Source: Cycas panzhihuaensis
Lineage: Eukaryota; Plantae; Cycadophyta
Length of the DNA: 64,000 nt
Assembly (NCBI GenBank): GCA_023213395.1
Contig: CM041465.1
Span: forward strand, 249,805,741 to 249,869,740
Direction: 5' to 3'
How positions within the stretch are numbered: position 1 is the stretch's first letter; each line of letters starts with the position of its first letter. Shown piece after piece: positions 11,101-27,410 of the stretch. The position numbers and the translations under genes were made by a program. The notes beneath the pieces were generated by a model. That model was not told the DNA's origin and searched no databases. It saw only the letters and a list, made by a program, of their open reading frames with translations.

Positions 11101-14100
11101 TACAAAGGAAGAATCTTCTTGTGTCCTAACTTCAAATTTCACACTAGCTTTTGGAAGAAGGGTATTCAATGCCAATGGTAGGTCACTTGGGTTTTAAGTT
11201 ATGTTGAGAGATTAAATAGTCATTTTTTTAGAAGGGTGTAAAAATGGAAATATCAAAATTTATGGTCAAATTCCTAATCTATTAAAATAATAAATATGAA
11301 TATATAACTTAATCTAGTTTTCTAATACATTTTCCTATCCCTAAATAGAAATATAAAATCATAAGCATGCATTTTATAATTAGCTTGCCAAAATCATAAG
11401 GCAAGGATACAATTTACATGGTGGTCAACTGATTAACTAAGTTCATCTGCTTTATGGCTATATAGTCCTTATATATGTTAAAATATATGATAATCATATA
11501 TATAATGTTTAATGTATATAATGTATACATACACGTCCCTCCATTCACATACATCAAGATATATGAGATGCATATATATTCATGTAATTATAGTATTAAA
11601 TGATGTAAAGGCTCAAAACATATCATAGGCTACTCATGAGGTGAACATTATTATAAATATATACATACACCACTTGAGAACTAGAGAAAGGTTAAAAACC
11701 TGGAGATGTAATCATTATGATCATAGGAGGAGTCTAAACTCTACCTTCTCTTATGGTTTTTTCCATGCTAGGTTTTTCACATATAAATCTTAGTGTTTGT
11801 CTTATGGTGATGCTTATTGAATGCTTTGCATGTTTGATACTTTACTTTATCTAGTTACTACATTATTTGTATATATATACTCCTAAGTCAATTATGCCAT
11901 TATAATTGCATCATATATTCTATTATTACTCCATATTCTAATATGGTATCATAGCACAATTATAATTTTACCATGGTATTAATTACAAATTTTAACATGG
12001 TATTAGCAATGAGAAGAAGCCTACAGAGCTAGTATGATGAGGCAATAATAAAATTATGATATAAATAGTATAAGAGTGAAATATAAGGTGTATTTGATAA
12101 GCTAGAAGTTTGAATATGCTAATTTTATCCCAGTGATCCAACTACATACAAGATAAATAAAGTAGATATTGATGGTATGCTAATTTAATTTATTATAGAT
12201 ATTTTATTTAATCATGTAGCTAGCACATTCTCAAGGACATACAAGTGTATAAAATCAATCCACTAGATATGATATGGTTGTTCATGAATGAATGCTTTTA
12301 CGAATGTCCTCTTAAAGGATTCACTATTACTTTTGAACCATTTTGAAGGTATTTATGAGTATCTCATAGTGAGATTCATTACCAGAATCAAGCTGTTAAC
12401 CCCATCAATAAGAATGAAATAAGTAGTGGGCCTATACAATAACATCTTGATAGGTATGAGATGAGTTTTGATAACAAATAAAAGTTATGTAGCAACTAAT
12501 ATTTAATTATATGGGCATTTTTATAAAAAGTAGATGATATTATAGTAGCATGAAATGTTTATATGGGTAAAATTACAATAATGGAATTATTAAGGATATA
12601 AATAAAAGGCATATTATAAATTATTGTGCTTTAATGAATGTGGATAAAATTACATATAGTACTATTTAATGGCAGTATAAAAAATTTATTATGGTGGATC
12701 CTCATGCATGGAAATATGAAGTTGAATGCCCATGTGTAGAGAAGGCACCCATGAAGGAGCTATAAATACATGCATACCTCTATAAAGATGTTAAATGCAT
12801 GAAATAATAGTCACTCTAATGGAGTGTCACCCACTATCAATAAACACTTTTGACTAGTACTTTCCCACAAATGATGAACTCAAATAGCCACTCAAAGTGG
12901 ATACTAAAAGAAATACCACTGGGCCACAACACTTTGCATGTCTCTAATTGCTTGTATATGGATCAATTCATAGATGCAGATGAATAAGTCCCTCCATCAC
13001 CTAAACACGGATAACACAAAAGAGTAAACCCTATCTGCCATAAAGGAAGAACTAAACATGCTATTATATGAGAACAACCAACAAATATCTAATTAGAATA
13101 ATGCATAACACCCTAATTAAGAATCTACTATAGATCACATAGAGATTAACAAAATCCTATGGAGAAGCTACTTCCATATAGAACCCTAAAAAATTCCATC
13201 ATGGAATCAATGAAAGCAGACATCAATTAACTGATTATCATGCAAATAAATTTTAAATGGAGAAAATTATGGCTTAGGGTTACACTTACTAGATACACTA
13301 TTCATAAGCATTACCTAGTCACATATACACCTATCAATCATGATAACGCCCAACTTCAATTATGATCATGACCAACAATACACTGTAATTTTTCTTTTCA
13401 AATGAATTTATTTTTTTGTGAAGTAATTTTTTAAATAATAAAAAAAATTAGAATTATTTTAAAAAATTTAATCATTTTTTATAAAGTTACAAAATCTAAA
13501 TTTTAACCCACTATCAATTAGCTATAGGTCATATGGAGAGTTTAGGTGACCAGGGGCTAAGCCACAAAAGGAATGGGCTCCAAAATAGAGTTAATCAAAT
13601 TAGAGCTTTTTTTTATTTTACAAAACCTTTATATGAAATTTAATTAATTTTTTAAATCAACCACCTATTTCTTAAAGATCACACAAATTTTCATGGTACA
13701 TTAGCATGCTTTTTATCATAACTCGTCACTTTTATGTCAAAATCAAGTGTTGTCAGTTATGTTGGAAAGAAAACTTTGATATGGTCAAAGCAAGTGGTCA
13801 CATAACATAATTTAGATGGCAACTGATAGAGAAAATAAAGGGTAAAGTTGATATAAGTGCTCAAAATTTTGGTATATTATGATGTTTTTAAATGCTCTGA
13901 ACATAATATATTATTTTTAAAAGATAGAGAGAAAAAGAAAGTTTGGTTTAAAAGTGAATAAATTGAAGCTCATTTATAATATTTAAAGACTTAAAGTCAA
14001 TTAAAAAATTCATGAAGTGAGAAACATTTGATAAAATTATGATTTAAAATATTCTTAATATGTTGGATTTGCACTATCCTCTTTGGGAAAATATATTTGG

Positions 14101-16390
14101 TTTAGTGGATGGCAAGCACTAACGAAATGTGTAGACCATCTAGTTGATTGAAACTATTTTGATGAGTAATGACACCACCTAGTATTTAATAAAGCTACCC
14201 AATTTAATTGATCATAGAGAGAAGGAGATTATAAGAAATCCATTTACTAATGAAATGAAGAAAAATCTCAAGTGATTACTTAAATGATATACCAAATTAG
14301 TTATAGATGAGATCCAACTAATATTCAATTGTTGAAATGGTCCAACTAAAAGAAAGAAAGAAGTTATTCTTGCACAACACACTCAATTGTGTTGTTCTAA
14401 CTCGTATACAAGAGGCAAGATTATGTTACTCTTATACAAGTAATTTAAACAGATGATGAACCTCATATGCAAAACAATTACCTAGAGAACTAGTGATTAC
14501 AGAGGTTAGTTACCCATATATTTTGGTAGATGGTTATTATTTTATATGGATTCAAAATTTACTTTATTTGGTTGATAGAATATTGATCATAGTTGACAGA
14601 ATGTTAATTAAAAGTAATTATATAAGTGAAGACATAATGATGCATAGGAAAACACTTCATATATGAATATTGGTAAAAATGATAGCTATAATTATAGGTT
14701 GGTTGTTCATAGATGGTCATTATTGGTGGATAGGTAACTACATATAGGTTAATAGTTATATACTAGTATATAAATCAATGCTTATAGGAGATAAACATGA
14801 TGATTATAGGTTACAAGTGATACAACATACAGATATAGAATATAGGTTATAAGATCTAATATTAAGATCAAGGGATGAACATATGAAAACTTGAGGGCAA
14901 AATTTAAAGATGTTAAATATTAAGAGGGAATGTTAAAATATGTGATAATCATATATGTAATATTTAATATATATAATATACACATATACATCCACCATTT
15001 ACATATATCGAGATATGTGAGATGCACACATATCCATGCAATCATATTATTGGATGACATAAAGGCTCAAAACACATCATAGGCTACTCGTGAGGTGAAC
15101 ATTATTATAAATATATTTACACACTACTTGAGAACTAGAGAAAGGTTAAAGACCTAGAGGTGTAATCATTATGATCATAAGAGGAGTCCAAACTCCACCT
15201 TCTCCCATGGTTTTTCCCACACTGAGTTTTCCATATATAAATCTTAGTGTCTTTGTTATGGTGATACGTATTGAATGCTTTATATGTTCAATACTTTACT
15301 TTATCTAGTTGTTATTTTATTTATGTACATATACTCATGAGTTAATTCTAGTATTATAATTGCATCATATATTCCACTATTATTCTACATTTTAATATGT
15401 TATTAGAGCACAATTATAATTTTATCATTGTATTAATTACAAATTGTAATAATATAAGACCCCCAAAATAGCTAATTATTTATGAAATAAGTTCATTAAC
15501 CAAATAAGTTACCTTAGACCATTATGGGTTACAAAGATCTAAACTTTTTTAGTCATTTTTGGTAAGAACTACTCAAATAGGCAAAAACAATGCTAACCAT
15601 AACAACAAGCTATCACCCCTAAATTGATGGGCAAATCGAAGTTGTAAATAAATTCCTAGAGGGGTACCTAAGAAGATATATATCTAACAAATAAATCACA
15701 TGGGAAAAATGGTTATATCATATAGAGACATGGTATAATTCTACATTCTATACAACCATCTAGGTGTCACCTTTTAAAGCCTTATACAACTATAATCCCA
15801 CACAATTTAAGGATTGGGTAGAAAGGGGTGTTTAGGTCCCAACAATAGAGAATTATCTATAAAATGCCTAAGAAACCCTCAAGATTCTTTAGGAGCATTT
15901 ACCTAATGCCTAAAATCAAATGAAATAATAGACAAATAAGCATTGCATAGAGCACAAGTTCTTAGTTGGTGATTGGATTTATATATGCTTACAATTGTAC
16001 AAAGAGGATTCACTCAAGGGAACTCAAAAGGAAAAACTATATCTTAGGTTCTATAGGTTGTATTTGGTCAAACAAAGGATTGGCAATGTTAATGTTGCAT
16101 ATGCCTTGGAACTTCTAAAATTTAGTTGAATAGATAATGTATTCTATGTATCCTACCTTAAGAAAAAGATAGGAGAGTACACCCTAGAGTAGATAGGGAT
16201 TCCTCTCTTAGATGAAAAAGGAAAGTAAATCCTTATACTCAAAGAAATATTATAATACAGGGAAAAGGAATTACAAACCAAGAGTATTCAAGAATATCTC
16301 ATTAAATGGAAATAGTTATTAGTAAAAGATATTACTTAGGAATTAATGATGATTCTTGATCAGTTTTCTAAGCTACAATCTTGATGCTTC
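8200..16390 (+). pseudogene. Chromovirus gag-pol remnant of C (PR-RT-RH-INT-chromodomain)
   Basis: Manual translation: KGLCFRCMEK*GLGHKC (~8910); IIFINLGSTHNFI (PR, ~9163); IDY*ALNKA (RT, ~9875); SMHFIISLPKS (INT, ~11364); SYHP*IDGQIEVVN (~15609); EYLIKWK*LLVKDIT*E (chromodomain, ~16292). Start coordinate approximate. Confidence 0.85.
11476..15451 (+). mobile_element. Element D: non-autonomous LTR element inserted in the integrase of C
   Basis: LTRs 11476-11997 and 14931-15451 (~521 bp); TSD ATATA at 11471-11475 and 15452-15456; PBS tggtattagc at 11998; PPT aagagggaa before 14931; no ORF of 60 aa or more in the 2.9 kb interior. Confidence 0.92.
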
Positions 16391-17631
16391 AAGGCCAAAC
16401 CATCTTATGGAGGGCTAGATTTATGACGACCCTAAGTTAGAATTAAAAAACGTTAATATTTTAAAATGAATGAGAATAGTTAAATTGTAGATGAGAAAGG
16501 TTGTGTCTTTTGGAAAGAAGGCCTTTAGGTCATATAAATATTTCTTTTGTAATGACTCAAATTAGTAGCGATAGTTAACTTAGATTAACTATACACTTAA
16601 TGCTTTATTAGAGGATAGTTATCACGAGCAAGTGTGATAGAGGGATGCATCCTTATATGAATAGGTATGATGAAGAGTTGTGTCCATACATGAAGAGTTA
16701 CGGCACCATTTTACGGTATATTTATATGTACCCCCTTGGTATTCCAACCAATCAACTCAGATCAATGTAATCTTATCATATCTACTCATATTCCATCTCA
16801 CCATTGAACACTATGTTACTATTTTAATATTTTAATATAATGAACATTATGTTGGTGGGTATTCTCTCTTAGGAGTTTCCCATGATAAATCTGATGTTCA
16901 AGTCTCTTTGTGCATGTTCTTGGCATGTAACATTCCCTACATCTAGTTGGCTTAATATCTGACTTGCAACCTGCATATACACAAACCTTAACATGTTATC
17001 AGAGCCTAAAAAAGTAAGGAATAACATTAGAACTCAGATCTGAGATTAGAAATGAGTGAGTTTGATACTAACCAGTCAAATTTAAAGATTGGAGATCCAT
17101 AGATTGGGTTGACATTGAGAAAAGAGGCCATCTAGAGTTGCCAAAATGTGTTGGGTACATTATATGCTTATGGCACCAAAAGTCCTGGAAGCTATACAAT
17201 GATGTTGGGCATCAATGAAAACCATACAATGACGTTGGGCTTAGATTGGGAATTATAAAGTAGTACTAGGTAAATTTTGAACAAGTTGGGTATCATTCAA
17301 TACTGTTAGGCATAAATTAAAGTCATACAATAAGCTAGAGTTGGCATCTATTAAGATCAAAAGTAGTTTAAAATCCCTATTAATGTGCTACATAGGCTTA
17401 CGACTTTACACAACTATTGTAACCCTTTCAAAATGTTGTAATATTCAAAACCAAAGTATATTAATATGTTGATTAATAAATAACGGTGTATAAACTTTAA
17501 ACATTAATGTTTAATCAAATTTAGACTACTTTCATTAAGCATTCTACTTGAAAACCAAAATCAAGAGATAGTCAAATATGTCACTATCATCATTTAGATT
17601 AATTTATAGAGAACACAAGATAAAATATATG

Positions 17632-20668
<3,037 letters not shown>

Positions 20669-21169
20669 CATATTTGATATATATTTTGATATGTCATTCA
20701 TCTTTTAAATGCACGTGGCTTAATAATAGTTATACAACATTTTGAAGGCGATGTAATAAGGAGAATATTCTATGTGAATATTCTAATTTTAACATTTGAC
20801 TTAAAAAAACCTTTGATAAAGTGATTTATTAGTGTTTTAAAATGTTTTATTACACTTATTTCATGTTACTCCATCCAGATTTAGCCCTATAATACACAAC
20901 GTTCGTGCATAGATCATATTGCCTTCTTCAGGAAGTTTATAGTGTTAAAAAGTACTTGTTAATATATTATTTCTTCAATTAACATTAAAAAGCATATTCT
21001 TTGTGGAAAATGCATTGGACATACATCTAATTCTCAATAAAGTAGTATATCGAGTAGTGATTTAGGCTTCGTAAAACATTAATCATCGAAATTCAAGACT
21101 TATAATCATGTTTGGCAATTAAGTGAAAGTGAACTCAGAGTATCTATAGACATTGATATTAGAACAACG

Positions 21170-23115
21170 TTATTACCACAAGTGATCTTTGATGGCACTA
21201 ATTTTGAGGAGTGGAAGTTTAATATAGAGCTCGTATTAATGGTTTAAGAAATTTGGGACCTAACCTATGATGCTCTACCTAAGAAAAAAGAAAAGGAACC
21301 TGACATTGAACCAAATAAACACACACGAAGAAAGCAACTTCATGCCACTATTCTACTGAAGCTCTGACTTGCCCCAAATCAGAGGGCACTCATCCACAAG
21401 TTGAATATGCAATGCAACATTTGGCAGACCCTATGTGACATGTTTGAAAAGAAGAAGACAAACCATTTAGTCATCTTACTAGGTGAACTGTTCAATTCCT
21501 ACATTGAGGATAAGAGCAATATTAGCACCTATTTGAATAAGTTGACTAATATCATAAATAATTTGGAAGGAATAGAAGAAAACTTGATTAGTAATATAAT
21601 CTTATTCATAATCATTATGAATTAGTTATTAGCAACCTATAACACCTTTTAAACTATGTATAATATTGACGAGATATTATAAGATACCTCACTTTAGAAG
21701 CGAAAAGAACTCCTTCTTATGGAGGAAGCTAAGCTTAAACATCACACGTTTATAGGTTATGTTGATACTAGTCATGCCTTATCCTCAAAATTTCAAAAAA
21801 ATGAGGATGAAGACAGGGATAAACATTCATATGAAGAGTTTACCAATAAAGGGAAGAAAAAGAAATATAATGGTTCATGTACATTGTAAAAGGATGGGCC
21901 ACAAGGAAAAGGATTATTTAGTGAGAAAATAAAACTTAAGGTAGGCTAATAGGAAGGAGAATATTGTAGCTTATTATTTACGAGTATTAATTTGAAAGTC
22001 ATTAGATCAAAAGCACTATTTAATAATTGACTTGGGCGTATAATAACATATCTCTCCTAGTAAGCAAAGTATTAATATGTTAAACAAAAATCATGGCTAA
22101 ATGGACATCATACTTGATCATGTTAATGTGGTACTAATAAAAAATACTTATATAGTCACAATGAAAGGTGGCTATCTTGAGAAGGTATGGTATACACTTA
22201 GAATGAATCACAAACTTCTTTTTACTCAAGATACTTGGGTATACTCTCCCAAAGATAAGTTAGAAGTGAAATAATTTAAAGAAACAACTGAAAAGATATA
22301 TGAAAATCAAATAGAATTGTTAAGAAGTAATAGTAGAAAATCCAACAACAATTATATTTCTAAAGTTTTGTTATAATCATAATATTAAATTAATCCCACA
22401 TGATGGAGTTGCCACATGAAAAGTTAATGCCTTGATCAACATGGCATTGTGTAGGGTGTAAACACAATATATGGCATCTAATTTTGGGATAGAAGCTGTG
22501 AGAATTATTGTTTATATTATGAATTAGATTCTAACCTTTGCAGTTAAAAGTATGATGCCACATGAAAGATAGACTAGTCAAAAACCTTCCATTAAAAAAA
22601 AAATGGTACATTACAAACGCATAAATCTTTCATAGATAATTGAAGAAATCTAATCATAATCACAAAAGTGTTTTTGTGGGATGCTATGGAAATAATCATA
22701 TGTATAAACTATGGGATCTAATGATGCAGAAGTTTCTTCATTATTAGGATATAAAGAATGATGAAGCATTGACATACCAGTTTCATAAGCCTCTACTATT
22801 AGATTTTTGTTACCCCCCCACCCACCCCCCCCACTTCATGACATCTCCTAATCTTGCAAAGGATGTGCTCTAAGAGGAATATGAAGTAAAAGGTAATAAA
22901 AAACACCAATTACTCATTGAGGATATGGAAACCTACTCTAAGTCATTATTGGTCGTAACTAAGGATGTAACAGAAAGGTTGATTGAAACTCAAACTACTA
23001 GTCAACTGTAAATGACAAAAGTCATTCACTCCTACATTCCTAATTCATTATGGAAAATGAATCCTTCATAGAGAGTAGCTATGGAGGAAGACAAAGATTC
23101 TTTACATGAAAATAT
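21170..23115 (+). pseudogene. Copia gag-PR-INT remnant of E; RT/RNase H largely missing
   Basis: FDGTNFEEWKFNIELVL..EIWDL (gag); HCKRMGHKEKD (knuckle); IIDLG (PR-like); EAVRIIVYIMN (INT); VAMEEDKDSLHEN (RT start), after which homology is lost. Confidence 0.75.
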
Positions 23116-25032
23116 TCCTTTTACTTAAATTGACCCTAAGATAAAAATTACACTCGTTAATCAGAAGCCAATAAATAGGTCAAATATAACAACTACACTT
23201 AGTGGAGAGTTGTATCAAAATCATATTCAATCTATATTTCTTAACCTAGAATTGAGGAGATTATATCAAGCGCAAACCCATGAAGTCATTAAAGAACAAG
23301 ATAAACTATTGTACTAATTGAATTGCATTAAAGGTACATATCTTGTGTTCAATTTAGACTTGTCTTTAGTTGATGAAACATTATGACCTATGAAAGAAAC
23401 TCTTAGTTTAGGGGAAGAGTACTTACAAGATCAAGTATCGACATTGGAAGCAAGATACTAATTAATTATTCAAGAGGTATTTGATGAAGAAAGCTTCAAG
23501 TGGAATCTTCTTCAACCACTAATTGGGCTATGAACCAATTCACAGAGGTATTAGATAAATGTCTCCAATCAACACTTAGCAAGATCATCCTTGAGAGGGG
23601 ACCAGTCTATAAGGATAAATCTCCTAATTAATAGAGTAATTAATTTTGCTTCATCACTTATTCTCATTAAGAGAGGATGTTAGAAATAGTTAACTTAGGC
23701 TAACTATACACTTAATGCTTCATTAGGGGATAGTTATTATAAGTAGATGTGACAGAGGGATGAATCCTTATATGAATAGGTACAATAAAGAGTTGTGTCC
23801 ATACATGAAGGGTTATAGTAACATTTTAAGGTATATTTATATGTACCCCCTTGGTATTCCAACCAATCAACTCAGATTGATATAATCTCATCACATTTAC
23901 TTGTATTCCATCTCACCATTGAACACTATGTTGTTGTTTTAATATTTTAACATAATAAACATTTTGTTCGTGGGTTATCTCTGTTGGGAATTTCCCATGA
24001 TAAATCTAGTGTTTAAGTCTCCTTGTGTATGTTCTTATTGTATAGCAATCCCTATCTCTAGTTGGCTTAACATCTGACCTGTAGCTTGCATATACATAAA
24101 TCATTTTTCTCATTTTATAAAAACTATTATTTAAGGACGTAATTTGGTAATTTGGCATATCTGTTCTCATCTTAGTATTTGTCTTCTAACAATGACTACT
24201 TAAATTTAAACATAATGTATTTAGTAGCTCCATGACATATATTTATAGTTTTTGATATGATTTTTATATTTTTCCTCTAATTTAGCCTTTTACTATCTTG
24301 AAATGATTTTCTTATGGCGAATCTCTCCTCAAATATTTATTTAATAGTGATTTTCTTTAAAAAACTCAAATGGCAATGGCAAAAGTTCTAAAGTGTAAAT
24401 ATTAAAAATCATAATTGTATTTTTTTAGTGGATATTTAATTTTCCAAGGTTAATATTTAATTAAACCATGTTAGATAAAATTTAAGATCCACCCCCTTCA
24501 TATTAGCTGTTGATCACATATGTATGGGTGTTAAGTGTCAAAAAAGTGATAAAAGGTATGAAACATGTTATACTCTTTTCTTTTTTGAAGTCGTTTTTAA
24601 TCCTTGAAAATTCATCCTTATTTTTAAGCCAAGATTAGACAATTAGAACCTCTTTTATTATTGAAAGGCATTACTTTCATCATTGAGAACCTGCTTGCCA
24701 TATTTTTCCTATTTAGGTATATGTTTTCTACTAATTGATTCCTTTTCATATTAAAATATAATGATTAGATGACCATGAGAATGACCCCTACTAGTACTGA
24801 ATGTTAGTTGACCTGATCCTAATTTTAATAAGGAGACTTATTAATTTTTTAATATTATTAAACCACATATATGAAGACTTTCCTAGTAGATTAATAGATA
24901 TAATGACTAATTATCCATATATTTTGATAAATGGATGCCTCTTAATATGGATGTCAACATATCATTCAAGATCAAAGTCTCATTAAATGTAGTTTGTTTG
25001 ATATAATTCATTTTTCATGACAAAGATATAAG

Positions 25033-25709
25033 TGTGCGTGCCTCAATCATACTTGTAACATACAGAATACAAAGAGAAAGACACGCACGTTGGGGGTAAA
25101 ATCATCTAGAATTACTTTCATTCAAAACATGGCACTGCGTCTGGTCCTCTCACAACCAGACGCCTACCAGAATAGTACATAATGGTTGCCCTAACATGTG
25201 GCGTAGCACTATTACAATTACATATATGCAAACCGAATCATGTTCCACACATTACAGTTCCCACTTTTATATATAAATTATGGACGTTACATAATTGTTT
25301 CCTGAAAATAAGTTATTTCTTGTAACTGTCATGGGTCATCTCTTGCCGGACAGACCCATTTCTTGCTAAATAGCGGTGGTAGTAGCGATTACTACGATCG
25401 TGTAGCGATTACTATACTACTGTAGTAATTCTGTAGGCTGTAGCGATCGCCGCGATCATATAGCGATCCGCACCTTGTGTAGCAGTCATCGCAATCACGT
25501 AGTAGTCACTGCACCTTGCGTAGCAGTCACTGCACCTTGTGTAGCAGCTGCTACACTCTGTGTAGTAGTTATCGCAGCTACGTAGCAGTTCCGTAGCAGC
25601 CTTGTAGTGGTTGTAGCAATCCTATAGCAGCCTTGTAGTGGTTGTAATAGTCCCATAGCAGCCTTGTAATAGTTGTAGCAGCAAAATCAACTACTTTTCC
25701 CTACACACA
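25033..25709 (-). repeat. 3' LTR of F, containing GTAGCA-rich 18/21/30-bp tandem repeats
   Basis: Matches 34364-35047; units such as gtagcagtcactgcaccttgc and atagcagccttgtagtggttgtagcaatcc. Confidence 0.93.
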
Positions 25710-25789
25710 TCTTCTCGACCGCCTGTTTTGAACAAGTAGCATACCCGTTCACAAAAAATTTAGTTCCTTCTTTCCTTTATTTTTATTCT

Positions 25790-27410
25790 CTCATGGCATA
25801 TATATTCCATCTCTGATTCCACAATGTGAGGAGGTACCTTTAGTCCTTTCTGTTTCAAATATTTACATAACATTACAACATCCTGCATTGTATCTAACAA
25901 GGCCAATGTTGGTTTTTCTCCAGATTGTAACTAGTCAATTTCTTGATTGAGTTCCATATTGACCTTTTCTGTTAACTCCAAATACTCCATGTATGCCTTA
26001 CGTTCTTTCCAAAGATTCTTACATTGCTCCAAATCTTCATCCAATTTTATGATCCATGCTCCCAGCCGATGATAAACCGGTTGCATGTCCACTGGAATGT
26101 GTTTGTTGAATCTTCTTCGAAATTCTACCACTTGTGGTCCAATTTCGTGAATATCATCCACCCAATCCATTATAAATGCCTTCAGGGATTCTAACTTATT
26201 TTCTGTGATCTGATGAATTTTTTTCAAAGATTCATCTGGCGGTTTGGCCCTACTTTCCAATTCCGTAACCAATTGCCTGGTTACTTTTGCCAGAAAGGAT
26301 GTTCTCCAAGTTGCGATGTCTTATGCATCATACTCTATTGGATCTAAACCTTCTTCTAGTACCTCCTTGCTCGTGTTAAACTCCATTTCCGGTGGCTGGT
26401 TGTCCAAAATCTCTAATATTTCTCGTTCCCATTTTTCTTGCGCTACAACTTTCAGTTTCTTTTCTGCTATGACTTCCTCTTCCGTTACGGCTTTCTGTTT
26501 TTCTTCTACTATAGACTTCTACCTATCTGTTTCAGGCCTACTTTCTTCTCTCCTCACTTCTACCACCTCTGGTATTTTCTGAAGTCATTCATCGCTTGCT
26601 ACCTCTACTACTGTAGGCGTGTCTTCAATTCTAGAACTTACTCTTGGTTCCCAGTTGACATTCTCTTTCTCCTTCTGCGTTGCCGGCTGTGGAACTCCTG
26701 GCGCTATTTCATTTGCTTGGTATAGTTTTTCTATCTAAGCCTGTACTTGTGCTTGTTCTTTTTCCCATCTTCCTATCTTTTCGTTTATCCATATAGCTAA
26801 AGGGGACTACTGCTCCATTCCATTGGGCATCCTAATACTAGGACATTAAAATAAAAGAATACCCTGCAAAATTGTAACATAATAGAAGGGAATAGGTCTA
26901 CTAGATCTTCTAATAGCCTGTAAAGCATCCAAGAGTTTTTGCTTTACAAATTTTACCCAGTTAAATACTCTTCCCTGGGCTATCTCATTTAGCATGGTTC
27001 GTAGGTTGCTCGGGGCAAATGCATTCTTCTGCGTAAGTATAATTTTTGAGAAAATCAACTGGGCAAGGAAGCACTTATTCGAATCTTCTATCCCTGTAAT
27101 TCAGATTCTTGTGGACGTCGCATCGTTGTTTGCTACTCCCATCATCCTGGCTATTTCTTCGTGAGATAACAAGGTATCTCAACAGATTTCTGACCCCTTG
27201 TTTGGTAGGCCAGTGGCTGCCATCAACACCTCCTCTGTGATCTGCACCATTTACAGGTACTTCGCCAGCAAAGGAAGTATTCTCTGCATAAATTCCTCTG
27301 CATTTCCAAATATTCCTACCGTCACAAATTTTTGTAATTTTGTTTGACAGAGTAGTTGGCATCTCCTGTAGTTTTCTGGGATTGCTATCCATTCTTCTTG
27401 AATTCAGCTA
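25790..27410 (-). pseudogene. Extra ORF of F downstream of pol: Plant Mobile Domain-like N-terminus plus charged coiled-coil C-terminus
   Basis: Manual translation ITEEVLMAATGLPNKG ... GRVFNWVKFVKQKLLDAL ... ILQGILL, then an E/K-rich helical region including ORF 25931-26272; broken by stops and a frameshift. Confidence 0.6.

Noticed and set aside
14040-14330. Possible gag remnant in D (IFGLVDGK, KSQVIT)
   Set aside because: Too short and degenerate to call without a profile search.
25380-25690. Repeat array superficially like CRISPR
   Set aside because: Contiguous degenerate tandem units without unique spacers, duplicated as part of both LTRs, with no cas genes and a eukaryotic context.
27075-27392. 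105-aa ORF MDSNPRK...
   Set aside because: An alternative frame overlapping the stop-interrupted PMD-like frame; no recognisable motifs.
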